Under the pieces are notes generated by a model, which saw only the letters and a list, made by a program, of their open reading frames with translations, was not told the DNA's origin and made no database searches. Below are positions 1-14,900 of a stretch of 64,000 nt of DNA, in pieces. Numbering within the stretch: the first letter of the stretch is position 1; each line of letters starts with the position of its first letter. The translations under genes and the position numbers were made by a program. Origin of the DNA: Pocillopora damicornis (lineage: Eukaryota); contig NW_020843716.1 of the NCBI RefSeq assembly GCF_003704095.1, forward strand, positions 186,001 through 250,000, written 5' to 3'.

Positions 1-1636
1 CTTTCGCGCCTTTGCTAATTTGTGTGTTTAAGAGATTTTAGTATTTTCCGAGGAAATATCTTTGATATTTCGTTGTAATTTGAGTGAAGTTATTGGTGGT
101 ATGTTGCTCTTTTTTTTTTTAAAGAAATTGGAATTAGCCAATCACACTGATAAGACAAAACAGGGGACAAAAATGATGTTTTGCAAAAATACTCGACGAC
201 GTAACTACACGAACCGAATGCAGTACGGGTTTCCAAGATGCTTAACCTAACAAGGTTCTCTAAGTAAGTGAAGAGGGGGCTCTCAGATAGAAAATTATCC
301 AAAATCCACCTTCAAACCGCCTTGATACAAACTAAACGATTTTTGTGGAAACCCCACACAGCAATCGCCCACGACTGCGTCTATAATCCTTTTACAATTA
401 CACGCAGTGAATTTGAGAATTAATGGCCGATCTGATCCATGAACGCTTTAAATTTTTGTAAATCATTCGCTTTGTTGTTTGAAATTTGAGTGTTCTTTCA
501 GCTTCGAATATAAGTATATCATGCTATAAAATTTCCATAGTCGATTGAAAAATTTTATGTATATGCAAGTCTAACCTCATAGAGAAACAATAAAACCCGG
601 TGTTCATTTTCCTCCAGATCATATTTCTATTTTTTGTGGTTTTTCAGTTAGCTTAGTTACTTTTTCAAAGTCGTGAAAATGAAATATTGCCTTTCTGGTT
701 TAATTCGAGAGTGGTTTTTAATGGACGGAAATCATGTTTCTCATGTAGAATTTCTGGATAATGTTAACGATTCATCTCCAAATGATGCTTTGGCCGACAA
801 GCTGACGCTGTTTAACATCGTATGGTTCTCAAGAACGGCTGGCCAAAACTGCCACTCACCCACCAAAAGAAAAATTAACGCTTTAGCACCGATGATCCAG
901 GTGGAAACGAAATAGGGAACTGACGAAAGAAATAGAAGAAAACGTAACGAGAGCACAACATAAGATTATTTAGTATTTCTCAGTTTCCACGGCGATTTTC
1001 AGAAAATTATATTCCAATCGTGACAACCTCTTGAAATTGAAGTATCATATGGGTGGATGGTTTTGAAGCCCATATTAAGTTTTTTGACCGAGTTCTTAGC
1101 CTTCATATAAAGACTTGCTCCAGAAATGTAACATAAAGTAGTTATTTATTTGGTTTGATAAATAAATGAAAGATTTTTTTAAAAACACTACATCTGAATT
1201 CTTGTATCACGCATGACTTAAGTAAATTGACTAAAGAAATTGAAAGGTAAACGAGCCAAAAAATGTTTAACTATGTGTGTCATGTACTCTTTATCGACTA
1301 TTTTGTCAGTTTAACAAGAGTGTTTTACTTTCTCCGCTTTAGAGCTGAATTCATTGGTTAAAATTTCAGAGCCTACTGAAAGCAACCTTATAGCATCCCC
1401 GATAGATCGGTCAAGTGGAACTTAAAGGTGCATTTGGTCAAATTACAGCAGATGTTTCAATTTGAATTGGAAACCCTCTGTCAACTGTGTTCGGCCATTT
1501 TCTGATGGACTATTTTTTTTTGTCTTCTTCTAACATTTAAAGTTGTCGTATCAAGCTTATCCTAAAGTTTTTTTTTTGCTATAGAAACTAATTAAATTGT
1601 GTTTAGCACTTTTATTTTGTTTCTTGTATTTTGAAA

Positions 1637-2163
1637 CATGTCAAAATATTTGATATAAATAGAAAAATTCTGGCTGAAGAAGTGGTTAGGAAACCTGGAA
1701 AACCAACCACAAAGAAACAAAAAACGATGCTGTCGTTGTTGCAAGCTCTTAATGTTCACAAATGATGTTCACGTTGTTCTAAGACTACGTAAATCAATAA
1801 AACTTTCTGCTAGTCAGCCAGTTTAATATGATTGGAAAGCTGTTGAACAGTGCATCGCTAGATTCTTGTTCGGATAAATCTAAAAGTTGAGAGCTGAATC
1901 ATGTCAAAATATTTGTTATAAATAAAAAAATTCTGGCTGAAGAAATGGTTAGGAAACCTGGAAAACCAACCGCAAAGAAACAAAAAACAATGCTGTCGTT
2001 GTTGCAAGCTCTTAATGTTCACAAATGATGTTCACGTTGTTCTAAGACTACGTAAATCAATAAAACTTTCTGCTAGTCAGCCAGTTTAATATGATTGGAA
2101 AGCTGTTGAACAGTGCATCGCTAGATTCCTGTCCGGATAAATCTAAAAGCTGAGAGCTAGATC
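1637..2163. repeat. Direct tandem duplication, 2 x ~263 bp
   Basis: catgtcaaaatatttg... starts at 1637 and again at 1900; the copies are near-identical through ...gagagctg/tagatc. Confidence 0.95.
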
Positions 2164-3494
2164 GGGTCCCCTCACAAGAAGTGATAGTTTTAAAAGATGT
2201 GATCCTAGCCTGTGTGTAGTATTTTACACCAAAAAATAATTAACGATAACAGCGGCAAAAATTATTATTTCTTGTGTTATACCTACCCAAAGTTCCTTAC
2301 TCCTCGTTCAGATGGAAAGTTAGACCAAAGGAGAAATAAAGAGATATCAATATAATAATGGAAGTAAAGTTTTCGGTCAAGTATGCCAGAATTTCAGGTC
2401 TGTGGCCAAATTCTTAATACCAGCTGTCAATATTCGACTGTTTGCGTGATCAAACTATTGAACAGATTGCAGACGAAGAAACGCCCAAACAATTATTGAT
2501 CGAACTGCACGCAATTTTCATTGGTTGCACATCATAACTCACAGCAAGCTTGTGTTTAACAACAATATTTGTGACAATTATAAGCGTTTCATCCCCCAAA
2601 CTGCTCTCATCCAACTTTTAATTATTCGGTTGATCTCGGAAAACAGTACATACGAACTTTTACTCTTTCAATATAAGATTTTAAAAGCTAGAAGTCTGAT
2701 AACAAATCCGACAATAATTTCATTATTCCACTTATAAAGATACTTTGATGGTGCGTATTTTTCTTTGATATTTAAAAATCATTCACCAAAGTGGAGGTGA
2801 ATAGTGATGGTGTTTACAGAGCCGCGGAGTAGGTGGTGGTAAATAATCACCACTTCCACTGATACTGTGGTGAGTATTTTTTTCGTATATACCGCACAGA
2901 AACCAAAGAGATTAGTTTATCTCTCTAAATTTGCCAAAAAAATGGTCGGAAATTAAATTATTGACGCGCGATTTTGACTCTACGGCCACACAGAGGTGAA
3001 TAGTACTTGGTAATCACTTACAAACCACCAATCAGAGCGAAACAAACGAACTATTAACTGTGTAGTTTATATTAATGTTGTAGGTATATCTTTTTAATTG
3101 CGACGTCTTCGCTATTTTAATTACACAATTTGTAGACTTTTTTCCATCATGGAACACCACAGAAATACACCTATATCAATAAAGCAACTTCCATTTTTAT
3201 TTCACGAAACAAATTACTAACACAAAAGAGGACTTGGTTGAGAAAAAGAGCGAAGAAACAAACAAAAAAAATAACAAAAACACTTTCACTTTGTTTTGGA
3301 CCAAGTTAGATAATGAACTGAATTTTATAATTATAGTAGGCGGTGACGTATACGATAAGATTTTAAGTTATTACTTAACTTTTCCGGTTTTTAAAGATGC
3401 CATGATTTAAAAGGAAGTCCATTCGTGAATCGCGTCTCTCAGGGACCGGTTATTATTATCGATTGGGAGAAGGGAAGGTGGGGGGGGGGGGGGG

Positions 3495-3682
3495 NNNNNN
3501 NNNNNNNNNNNNNNNNNNNNNNNNNNNNNNNNNNNNNNNNNNNNNNNNNNNNNNNNNNNNNNNNNNNNNNNNNNNNNNNNNNNNNNNNNNNNNNNNNNNN
3601 NNNNNNNNNNNNNNNNNNNNNNNNNNNNNNNNNNNNNNNNNNNNNNNNNNNNNNNNNNNNNNNNNNNNNNNNNNNNNNNNNN
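3495..3682. other. Assembly gap (N run) following a poly-G tract
   Basis: Run of Ns; smaller 10-N gaps at 30396-30405, 47974-47983 and 56787-56796. Confidence 0.99.
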
Positions 3683-4214
3683 TCGCATGATGCTAAAATA
3701 CGGCGAGTGAAATACTGCAGCCAGAACCCAAGTTGAAGTTACCTTAAGACGACGTGTTTACTTGGAGATACTCCGATACGATGAGGATAAGCAACTGCTA
3801 AAAGCGCTCACTGGTGATTAATTTATAGCAAGCTTAAGGTTTAAACTGACGGCGATATATCGTCCAGGAAACTGCACATCTTGCGGAGGAAGCTTGCGAA
3901 CACTCCATCGACGAAGAAGGCGTAACACACCGTGACTTCCGTTGTAACGAGATGGGGAATTTCAATAACTGTCACAAGTAGGTCGGATGCAGCCCTGTTA
4001 GCTATGAGAAGCATAAGTTTTTCTTTCATTCTCACGTATGCGGTTATAAGAAGGAAATTTCCTATAGGCAATGCTAAGAGAGTGAGGATGAGTATCGCCA
4101 TGGTAACTTCAATCGGAACTACCCTGATGATACACATTTCAGATGAAGGGTGTCGTTGCTGTTTCCGATTTTCTCACCTTCAAGAATGGACGTGTTTCGT
4201 CTTGAAGCCATCAT
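3683..4214 (-). pseudogene. Class A GPCR pseudogene (N-terminus to TM4), paralog of the cluster genes
   Basis: ATG at 4214 gives MMASRRNTSILE...NDTLHLKC, then a frameshift into ORF 3841-4137 (GNFLLITAYVRMKEKLMLLIANRAASDLL...KMCSFLDDIS). Stops and frameshifts follow through the ERF-LAV-YP region and STWVLAAVFHSPYF, ending at the gap. Confidence 0.88.
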
Positions 4215-7200
4215 TTCGGCGATGAGGAAATAAGAACTGGTGCTTGTTATCTCTGATCTCACATACGGTCAACTGCGCTTTTTTAACATCGCAACGCAAT
4301 TAAATTTGAGTAAGTGCCCTTAAATTCATGGAGTGACGTTGTGCTAAGAGCTTGAAAATTTGTGTCTGTGTGATTTAGTTATTTTCGAGGAACTGAACCC
4401 ATAATTCTTTTCAAGAAAATTTATTGTATGTTTTCGCCAACCGTTTCTCCTTTGTAAAAAGGTTTCTTTCAATGGTTATACATTCCCTTGAAATTAAATT
4501 AATTTTTCCGTTCGGCAAGGACGTAATAAATCACTGTCACTTTCTGTTAGGAATGAGATGATAGCTGATAGTCACAGCTGTCACCTTTTGTATGTAGGGC
4601 AAATATTTTAATTGTTGTTGTAAGGCTTATTTTGATAACAATACATTCATGAATCTGTGGAGAGCAGGAGGACAAAACTCCTTTAAACGATTGTAACAAA
4701 AAGATGCAAGTGAATGGAATCGTTGTAAGATGCCGGGGTTGTGAGGATCCAGAGTAGGAAGTTCTTAGCCTACATTGTTGCAAATGGAAACGCACAATGC
4801 AATCATTACGAACGTTTTTGAAGTCTCCCCCGCTTCATTTGAAACCTACTGGATCTTTTATTCTTCTTTCAAAACTTTTCTCTTTTTCTTGCAAAATTGG
4901 ATCTCACTCTCTGTACATAGTAGACGTACCACTTGTAATTTATTCAATAAAATGTATGCCAAAATTACTATCGGCCAGCTGTTACTCTAGGTGACCAATT
5001 TAACCTTGAAAGGAAACGATGTTTGCGCTAGAAAAGAGCTAAGAAGAATCAGAAAAATTGAAATTTCAAGGAAAAATGATAAGGTGTTACCTCAAAAAGT
5101 TTATATGAATTGGGCGATTTTAACAGACAGAATAATTTTAAGAAATAGGATTTTTATACCTTGAAAGAAAGCTAGGAAAACATAACCCTAACCCTAAGCA
5201 ATGTGATTTGATTGACACGTCTCATGGAAGTTGAGTACAAATCTATAAGCAACACGTTACTTAGGGAATAATAAGGTTACTTAATGCTAGCTCAAGTATA
5301 AATGCGTCATTTCATTAGAACGCTAATTTATCAGCTCCATTTAAACTAGCAATAAAGGAAATAGTTTCTGCTTGGCGATGTTAAAAAGCCATAGGTAATT
5401 GTTTTCCAAGGGTGATATCACTCATTAGAATTGGGTGGATCTTTCACTTTTAGCTCCTAGAGTTGCTCTATGTTCCATTTTCGAGCATTAAGTTTAATAT
5501 GTTATCGAAAAGATCAACAGGCTTAGTTTTCCATTTTCGTTTCCTTACGTCACCTTTCTTCATTAATATAAAAAATTCTATTTTAACTCTTGAAATCATC
5601 AGCATTGGTGGTAGAACTCATTTTTGCTTAGTTTTTTCCTTCGTTATTTTTCGTTTCTTTGATATAAAACTGAACTATACGCTATAGTATAGCAACTTTC
5701 CAGTTGTCAACTTTATTACTTTCTAGAACATTGCATACTCACCTTGATTTCTTTGGAAGCATACGTGTATTGATCGTACGTGTGTGGTTTTGCATAACGA
5801 TAGATGTTACTGATATGAAGATTGCGTTAATTCAAATAGCGAGCTTGGTTTAATAGATAATATGTAACTATCATAGCCTCGATATATCAGCCACCAATAT
5901 CATTGTCTTTTGACTAAAAAGCTCTGATTTTCTTCCTCCTGTTACACCCTTTGATTCTTTGAGCACTTCGGAGAAAAATTGAAAAAGAAAAATTGACGGC
6001 AAGCGAAGGCAAGGACGATCATGAAGAGGATGGATGGATGGATGATATCAGGAGTTGGTCACAACATTTCACTCGACAGAACAATACGGAGAAAGCTTAC
6101 GGATACATCCGTAGTCCCCTACCTTCGGTCATGAGTATGGTAACAGCCAAGCCAGGAAAATCCCTAGTAAGTTTGTTTTGAGAAAGATATTCAGCGGGAT
6201 TAGTCATTTGCATACTTTGTTTTATTTCAGCTCATAATTTGCAACTTCGGCGTAAGAATTAGAAAAGACAAGATATTCTAGTTTTACGTCGACATCAACC
6301 ACTCCTACTTGACAACAACTGTTTTCGAATAGATTCGAATTGAAAGTGGTTTATGAAAATGATCATAAATGTAAGTTGTTGAAGGAATGTTGATACAGAA
6401 TTGAAAGTGCTTCACATGCAAGTAAAAAACAGACATTTCCTCTAATCTGAACACCAGCTCTACATTCATTTCCAATTGGCAGACCTGCTAATTAAAACAT
6501 TTTCTTTTGAGGAGAGAAAGTTCAAGTCTCAAGAACCGAAAATTAGCCATGGCCACAAAAATAGAGTACTAATGGGCATTCAATGAATGGTTTTTCTGGC
6601 GGAAACATTTAGGTTTTTGCATTCATTAGGCCTTTTAACTTCAAACAAAGGTTCTGCTGACAACGATCAACTAGAATCAACCAATAACAATTTCTACGCT
6701 TGTATCTCATATAGCTCTAGACTTGTGACTGAGAATTTTATCGAAATGCAATCACGCCATCGGAGAGAAGAAAGAATCTCAGAATATGAGTTACCTCATT
6801 GGGCTGACAAAGACCAACGCGCTTGCAAACATTGGATTTTGGCTTACTGGTCGAATGAAATTAAATTAACTTTCTGAAACTTAAAAGTTTAGGTGCTTTT
6901 GGGTATAAAATGGTCCAATGTGTCCAAAGTCACAATGCATTATCAGGCATCAAATGAAACGACACGTCAAAAGATTGCGATTGATAATATTTTTCATGTT
7001 AATTTTACGTTAAGTTGGCGATATATACCGGAATCGAAGGAAACGAGGAGGGGGTAGGGGTGGGGTTGGGCTTTTCCCCCAAAATTTTTACTTGTGGGGG
7101 GAGAGGGGGGGGGCACTGATTTCCCCCTGTTCCCATTCCCCTTCTCCGTCGCCTATGGAGAAGGCTGAGGCTGTATTGAGACAAAATATTGATCCTTCTT

Positions 7201-8849
7201 GACTATGGTGACGTGAGGATGCCTTCACAACATCAGCCGTCATCACAGCTATTCCCGAGGACTTGTTTACAGCTTTTATCAAAACAGCGAAAGAGCGAAC
7301 GATTTTGAAAACAAATGATGTCGATAGCGAATAAACTATATGGCTAAACCTTTGCATCGCATAGCTTCGTTTTCCAAAGATTTAGCAACTTTAGATTCCA
7401 GTATCACTTACACAAAAACGGCATCAATTTTTCGGGTAGAATTTCTGCAGCCTTTATTTATATTTGTTAACATGGGTTAACATGGACTGAAAGTTCCTTT
7501 CTAAGTTCACTTTTTATACTTAAGCGCTGATTCACTCAAGCTCTAATAGATTAATATTTTCGGGATTTTGACGATCGGTATTTATTTATTGGAGAGCACG
7601 CATTCATTTTTACGATGATATTGTAAATTATTTTAATCATCTGTTATTGTTATATTTTCCACCTTGGTTTTCGGTGTCGTTTTACCATAAGATGTTGTTT
7701 TCGTCGTTTTTTTTCGCCAGCTGTTAATTGAAGAATCCCGCCGATTTTAAGAGCTTTAAGTATTGATGTCTCGGGTACGTTTACCATTTGGATCCGAATC
7801 AGCAACTTTATCACGAAAATAGAACATAGTTATTTTTCTACGATAAACAAAATTCAAAGTTAAATTAAAACAGTAGCAGATCGACATGATGTCTGTGAAG
7901 GTGACATCCAGCAGGAAGGCGAAAGATATGAAATTTATACTTTAGGGAGATGATTATTATTGTTTACTGTTTCATCTTTTAGTTCATCTTTCATTTGCAT
8001 AAGTGCAAAAAGGGCTCACAGACCGTTTACCAATACTCACGGCGCGACGAAACGACTCCTAAATTGAAATATTGAAAGCATACTCGAAAAGCTTACAAGC
8101 CAGGAGCGGAAATGCTATACCGATTTACGAGCTTTTTGAGTGTTCTTGTAGTATTACATATGGTATAAAGATAAAAATGGAATCTACACTGCTTACACTT
8201 AAATCCATAATCTACTATTTTACGCGAAATTTATTTGTTTAAGCACTAAGGAGCCGTTCTTAAAGTTCGTGACAAAAGCTGCTGCGTTCAAGAAGGACCA
8301 AGCTTGATTCTGGATATACCTTTAAATGTAACTGAGAGCCACTTTCAGTAACAGGACAAAAAGCATTTAGTTTCGTTTCGTTGTGTATTAGTCCATGCCA
8401 AAATTCGTTTTATATTCAGGGTAAGAGGCAAGTTAAAATTTTAACTCAGTCCAATATTAAACGTAGAAGCAAGAATTTTCCTCGCGCCAAATCTTATTAT
8501 CCTTTAATCACACGTGGGTAAAATTACGAGAAGCATGGATTGGGTGTTAATTACTTTTATTGGTGCGTTAGTTAGTATCATTAACGGTTAGATGGGAAAA
8601 ACTCAGCTTTGGAAATAAAACCTGCTTTATAAAGTGCCTGATGAGGTTTTCTCAGTTCACTTGAGCCAAGCATTTGATCCAATAATTGGAAATCGAAGCA
8701 AAACACGAATAAATTTGATATAAACATTATGAAACTAAAAAGATAGAGAGCAGTGTTTCACCAATAGAAATCCGTCAGACGTCCTTACTATCTTGCAAAT
8801 TGATTTTGTTAAGGTCGCAAAATAAAGCGAAAATTTTCGTTTATCAACA

Positions 8850-9018
8850 GCGCCTAGTTGTATAAAGGGTGGATAAGGCTATCCAACAGATAAATCGCTA
8901 TCCAGCGGATAGGTGATTGCAAATCCGTCTCTCTACCGCCGTATAGAGTTTTATCCGTTGGGTAGCGTTATCCAACCTTCAAACAACCTTCAAACAACCT
9001 TCAAACAACCAGGCCCAG
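8850..9018. mobile_element. Short palindromic MITE-like element
   Basis: Inverted arms (ggataaggcta.../...tagcgttatcca), ends gcctagttgt...acaaccaggcc, and an internal ttcaaacaacc x3 slippage. Confidence 0.6.
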
Positions 9019-9486
9019 AAGGTGTAACGGGCAAAATGAGTGTTTTAGGGCAAGAAAGGATGAGGATTAATTGAGGCGACTGAAGTAAATTCTCTCCATT
9101 ATATCTTTAGAGCATGACAATATCACGTTCGAGCTGGTAAATCAAGGTCAAGAAATTAAAGGAATGAACGAAGCCAGGATTTGGCTCTCTATATCGATGA
9201 TTTTATGTAGCAACGCAAAGTGCCAATATTTCAACACTGCTATGTTACGGAACTCAGGTTATCTTATCTTTTGTACAATAGAAAAATGAAATAGCTTACT
9301 GGGCAAAAAAATAGCACACTTGGAAAAAATAACCAGAAATTAGAGGAAAACGTGTTATTGAGGAAAGAGATATAAATTAAAGGAAACTACGTGTGGAATA
9401 TTATGTAACAATACGGACCAATGGACTTATCAATTATCAACAGGAAATGTGTGGCTTGTTCTTGGCGAACCCTGGTGAAGCCGGAG

Positions 9487-9690
9487 TTAACTCTTTCACT
9501 CCTCAGTATGCATATTCTCCATACTGTTCTCTATACATTTCTTAATGTGCTGGCAAGGAGAATTTGTTCAACAATCAAGAGTTTCTCCAGTTGATTATCA
9601 TTTCCTTTGTTATCGTAACTTTAATGTTTGATTCAGAGCTGACATTGAAGGATAATTTAATGCTTGTCACTCTCAGGGATTAAAGAGTTA
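9487..9690. mobile_element. Short non-autonomous element with ttaac(c/t)cttt...aaagagtta ends; related copy at ~39305-39516
   Basis: Terminal inverted repeats with TTAA-like flanks; a related element lies at 39.3-39.5 kb. Confidence 0.55.
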
Positions 9691-10816
9691 GTGCACTTTC
9701 TTCATTGTCAACTTTTCATGCACATTAAAAAAAAAGGGTTTAAATTAGTAGATGGGTGCTGGCCATAATACCTCACAAGCATACATAATTTGTAATGAAC
9801 AGATATTTTGATTTCACATCTTGTTCAGCGTAAATATTCAATTCCTTTTTAAAGAATTTTGTGTACTTTCAAACTTCTGTCTCATACCCGAAAGCCAGCA
9901 AGGGAACATATATAAGTTAGAAATAAATTGAATGCGTTGATTATTCTCATCTCCGAGATCAAAATCGACATTTACAACTTTATGAAATACCTGTCACTAA
10001 CGTTAAAATGTGTTTCTTACTGTAATAAATTGTGGAGACACATATTGTTTAAAAAAGGCCGCTAATTTCAATTTATTGCTGATATGAAGCGACAGTTTTT
10101 CCTCTACTTCCAGGCCAAGAGCATTTCGTAATTAATTTTTTGTCTCACGAGCAAGGATTGTGCTTTAAAACATGAATTTAAAGGGGGTTCAAATTTCAAA
10201 GAACTAGCGCATGTCAAATAGCATTCATCACTTTCATTAAAAGTAGGCAACAACTGGTGGAGGAAAATTATTTGAAGTGCCCACAAAAGGGAAGGCTGTG
10301 TTCAGTAAAAAAATGTTGTCAAAAACAAGAAAAAGGGCCGGGTTGTAATGGAACAAGGCCAAATATTTTCTTATTTTCGCGAGGAATTAATTGGAATTTA
10401 ATTGAATGATTAAAAAAACAAAATTATTGATGCGGAAGCCTCTGAGGAAAGCCGGACTTCCGTTCCTTTGAAGATTGGCGAGCTTTAAGCAATTTGCAAA
10501 AGTTTGGGAATTTTTTTAAAACCTGGGTTGCACTTAGTTTAAGCTACATGTTGACAGATTTATGACGTATACAAACAAAATAAGCTGTAGTGGGGAGGAA
10601 GATTGCAATTAACTTCCAAAGTAAAGTTTTGACAATTAATTTTCTACTGTAACAAAACAAAACCTTCCAATTTTTTTTTGTACTTATTACATTGACCCTA
10701 AAACGAATATAATTGCACCCACAGACCTCCGCAACGAGCGATAACTCGTCCACACCAGCTGGTGTAGCAGTTGCATATAACTCTTGTTTATAGCAGACTC
10801 CCTTGGTTGAAATATC

Positions 10817-11971
10817 ATGGCGGTATTTAAAAATGTCTCGCTCCAAGGCAATGGCGAAACAACTGCAAGCAGCAATAGTACTCCTTCTCAAGAAGAGTGC
10901 TTTGGTCTTCCAACACAAGTTATTATCGCGTTACACGTTTTCACGCTCTTTGCATCCCTGATGGGAAATTCCCTTCTAATCACTGCTTTTGTTAGAATGA
11001 AAGAAAAAGTCATCCTAGTGATCGCTAACATGGCTGCATCAGACCTTCTGGTAGTAATCTTTCTACTTCCTCGCTTCATTGTAGCGGAGGCGCTCAGGTC
11101 TAATGTTTTTCTTATCCACGGAGGAGGGGGCACATTTTTGTGCAAGGTGTGCAGCTTCTTCAGCGACATGTCGTTGTCGGTGTCAACTCTAAGTTTGGTC
11201 GTGATCGCGGTTGAGCGCTTTCTAGCTGTGGTGTATCCTCTTCTGTATATGAAAACCTCTGGCAAGAGACGTCGTCTTCTCGTAGCTTCAACTTGGATCT
11301 TGGCCGCAGCATTTCACTTGCCGTACTTTTACACTTTTCGACTGGTGAGAGAAGTCGATAATCAAGGTTATGACTATCATGTCTGTCAATCAAGCTGGGA
11401 ACCAGCTTTCAATGACCAGTCTGCGCGTCGTCGCTACAACATCTTTCTCTATACAACCGTTTTGATTATACCATTGCTCGTTATTTCTGTTTTGCACATT
11501 ACTGTCGCTTTTCATCTTCGAAAGGACAAAATGAGTTCATGTCGAAACGAGAACGGAACAAAACGGATTCGAAAACGCACCCGGAGCCTACTCATGATGG
11601 CCATTTCTACTGTTACAGCATTTCTGATCTGTTGGACGCTCCAAATCGCTACAGCTTTCGTCTCCCTCTTTTCACCCGGGTTGTTTCGAAAGTGCAGCAA
11701 AATGCACACGGTCGTGTCTTCTCTCTCGCACATTTTGGCAAGTTGCTATTGCGCAATCAATCCCTGGATATGCCTCTTCTTAATTCCAAGGCTTTTTCGC
11801 GAATTGAAAATTATGGTGCATAGAAGAACATTTCGGCAGTATGCAATGAAGGGCCAAAAAATGGGGTCTGAGACCGAAAGTAGTAATGTCCGGCTTCGAT
11901 TTGAGAGTCGCACGTGTTCATTCGCACCCAATGGCGATAATCACGAAAAATCGACCGAAAGAAGTTACTGA
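10817..11971 (+). CDS. Orphan class A GPCR (neuropeptide-receptor-like), 384 aa
   Basis: Seven hydrophobic helices; TM1 GN, TM2 NMAASDL, TM3 C...ERF, TM4 W, TM6 FxxCW, TM7 NPWIC. Confidence 0.95.
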   Translation: MAVFKNVSLQGNGETTASSNSTPSQEECFGLPTQVIIALHVFTLFASLMGNSLLITAFVRMKEKVILVIANMAASDLLVVIFLLPRFIVAEALRSNVFLIHGGGGTFLCKVCSFFSDMSLSVSTLSLVVIAVERFLAVVYPLLYMKTSGKRRRLLVASTWILAAAFHLPYFYTFRLVREVDNQGYDYHVCQSSWEPAFNDQSARRRYNIFLYTTVLIIPLLVISVLHITVAFHLRKDKMSSCRNENGTKRIRKRTRSLLMMAISTVTAFLICWTLQIATAFVSLFSPGLFRKCSKMHTVVSSLSHILASCYCAINPWICLFLIPRLFRELKIMVHRRTFRQYAMKGQKMGSETESSNVRLRFESRTCSFAPNGDNHEKSTERSY

Positions 11972-14900
11972 TGACTCGATGCTTATGCAGTCTCTCGTCG
12001 CCTCTCTTCAGTGCACAATGTCATGTACATGAAAATTTTGTCAGGACTCCTATTTTAAGGATTTCAGCTTGATGAATGAAAACTTTCACTCCAGTAAGGA
12101 TGTCCAAAGCCAATATTTCCGTGATACATTTATTTTTTTTGTCTAGTATTTGTCACCATCGATGTCAAAGATTGCTAACAAAATATAAATTACATTTTAT
12201 GTGCCTTGATTGATATATTTTATTTTTATAATTTTATGGTTTATCTGTCGTCTATTACTCCTTAAAAAAAATACTCAAATTGCCTTAAATTATTAAGTTT
12301 CAGTACCAGTGTTAGTGTATATTGAGAAAAATAAAAAATAGGCGAGTTGATGTAGAATCTTGATGAAATATGGTGAAATACATCTTTCCAAAGCATGTCT
12401 TAAATTTTTAAACCATTGGATGTTTGAGTACAAGTTTTTTTTCTATAGGGCCCCAACTGATAAGTGAAGGGGCCAGAACGTTTAAATTAGTTTGATCAAT
12501 TACCACTATTAAGATCGCCCACTGTAACGTGGGAAACAGATTATAAAATGATAAAAAGATCAGATTTTGCTGCTTTTGTTAAAGGGTTGAGTACTTACTC
12601 GTGCATATCCAATGAAGTCACGAAGGACTGCACCAATGTCAAAACAATTCAACAGACATATAGAAAGCCAGCGATAACAACAGCAAGAAAGATGACCATG
12701 AAAGATTCGGCCATTGATTCACTTGTTTTCCACCAGTTTTCGCGTGATAATCAAAGTTTCATGAGTGGAAATGACGCTAATTTGTTAATATTTTAGAGTA
12801 TGGTGTCAAATGGAAAAAAGGTTATTCCAGAAAAGTTGTATTTAGTATGAATTATTGTCTTCTTGTAGAGCTAATGTAAAAAAAAAAAAGAAAAAAATAA
12901 TAAACTTGGGATAATAAAAGAAAAGAGAAATCACATCGTATTCCTTGAACGTAATCTTTCAGGTGTTTAGGACAAACAGAAAATATCAGCTTTAACCTAC
13001 TTCTCTTCGGAAATGGTAATTAACGTAAAGAAGGTTTGAGGAAAGACGGATGAAACTTTGAAAACCATTAAGAAAATTGAGGACAGATGTGTTATACTCG
13101 TCCGGCCATTTAGAGAATTTCATTCTTTCTGATTCATTATCTGAGCTAAGTAGCTCTTTGTAACTTTACTCAGACGTTCGTAAAATAACTCCTAGCTCAG
13201 AAAACCGGATATTCACGACTTTTAATATCAAATTATGGTACAAATGATAAAAGTTTTTTAAATGACAAGAAAGCAACTACCAATCGGAAACGCACATCAA
13301 CCACGTTTCAAATTGAACAATATGGCAAAACATGGCTGTTTCAAAAGAAAATTGGATTTGACAAGTACAAAAGCTAAAAAAGCAATATTTTTTTTTAAGA
13401 GAAAAAAAATTATTATTAACAAGTGCCATTTCGGGGGAGGTGACGGTTTTTAGATTCCCACCATATTAAATAGTGTACATACAATTTGATTGGGTTTTAC
13501 TTGGGATCTATTGGAGGACAGACAAAAAGATGACGTCATCGTTAAAAACGTCTTGCTTCAGTTAACATATCAAGAAAAATAGATGTCATGTTTCTCTGGG
13601 TCTTTACAGTAATAGATCATAATGAAGACGTCAAATTGTGGTGATCCATTTCTAAACAGACGGACAGAAATATGGAGGCTATTTGTTACCTTTTACTTAG
13701 AAAAGTGGGTGGGCAGCCATTGTAGAAAAATAAATAACCTAAAAATTGCGTCTATGGTGGTGGGTTATTAGTTGACTAAAGTAGCGATGTTAATTTTAAT
13801 CAGGAAAATAAATACGAATATTAAAAAAAATACAAATTAATGAGAAGAAATATTTCGAATGTAATCCATCAAACATTTTCGCCAGTGCACAACGGGTTAA
13901 GGCAAATCAGACGTTGTGACGAGCCTCAAGTAAGACTCACCTGCCTACGAATATCTGAGGGATATTCCCTGATTGATGTTCCCCAGTTTTCAAGTTTTCC
14001 ATCGGATGAGATTCGAGGCTTTTTTCCAATCTAGGTTAATAACAAGATGGCAAAGCGTTAAGCTTTTGTTATAGAATCGAAAACTTTTTGTTAATACTCG
14101 TACTAGAAAACTCTCAAAGTCACCAACCTACAAGTGAAACACTTATTAAACAGCAACTGTTCGGTAACATACGATACCATGATGCATTTGCTTTGAAGGA
14201 ACCTTGGGATATCCAACATCGTAGCCTTAAATTGTATCAATTTTTGGGTCATGTCCGCAGATGAACAGTAGTTATATGCGCGTTTATCACAAGTTTTCCT
14301 CTCGTCTCTCACTGCTCGGTTTTCATACCAGTTGTTCGTTTTAAAATAGCATCAAAAGTCTTTGATGATATTGCGAGGCCGTGCTAGGTGACGTCACAGA
14401 CTCCAATAGTGATCAGGACCCGAGCAATTTCCTTACCAGGTTGTTCATATTAATGGTTTTATGAGGGTAATCAGATATTTGATTGAATATCTTCGTTAAT
14501 TTGATACAGTCATCTAATATCATTATTTGTTTCGCATGTTGCACTTTGTTACATTGACTGGCCCTGGTTAACGCTTGAAACATCAGCTTTAGAAACTTTT
14601 GACTGTGGCTAATTTAAATTATCAACTCAGTGCTAAAACCGAATTATCTTGTTGTCACCCCCGACGACGCGGTACAATGGTTTCTCTGGAAAGGTACACC
14701 TTTTATTCAATTGAGCTAGTCTTAATACAAAATAAAAGATACGTAAAGTATATGAACATGAGAAACGAAGAACGAATTATTATTAACATGTTACGAAATA
14801 TCAGTTACTGCCACAGACAGCATAAACTTGTAAATCAGTGCATATTTATACAAGCAAGGATTGTTACTTGAATTCTCAGGATTATTGCGTACTAACTAAG

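Noticed and set aside
3407-3736. ORFs spanning Ns (poly-X, poly-G/P)
   Set aside because: Artefacts of the assembly gap.
5184-5198. Telomere-like (aaccct)2
   Set aside because: Too short to be distinguished from chance.
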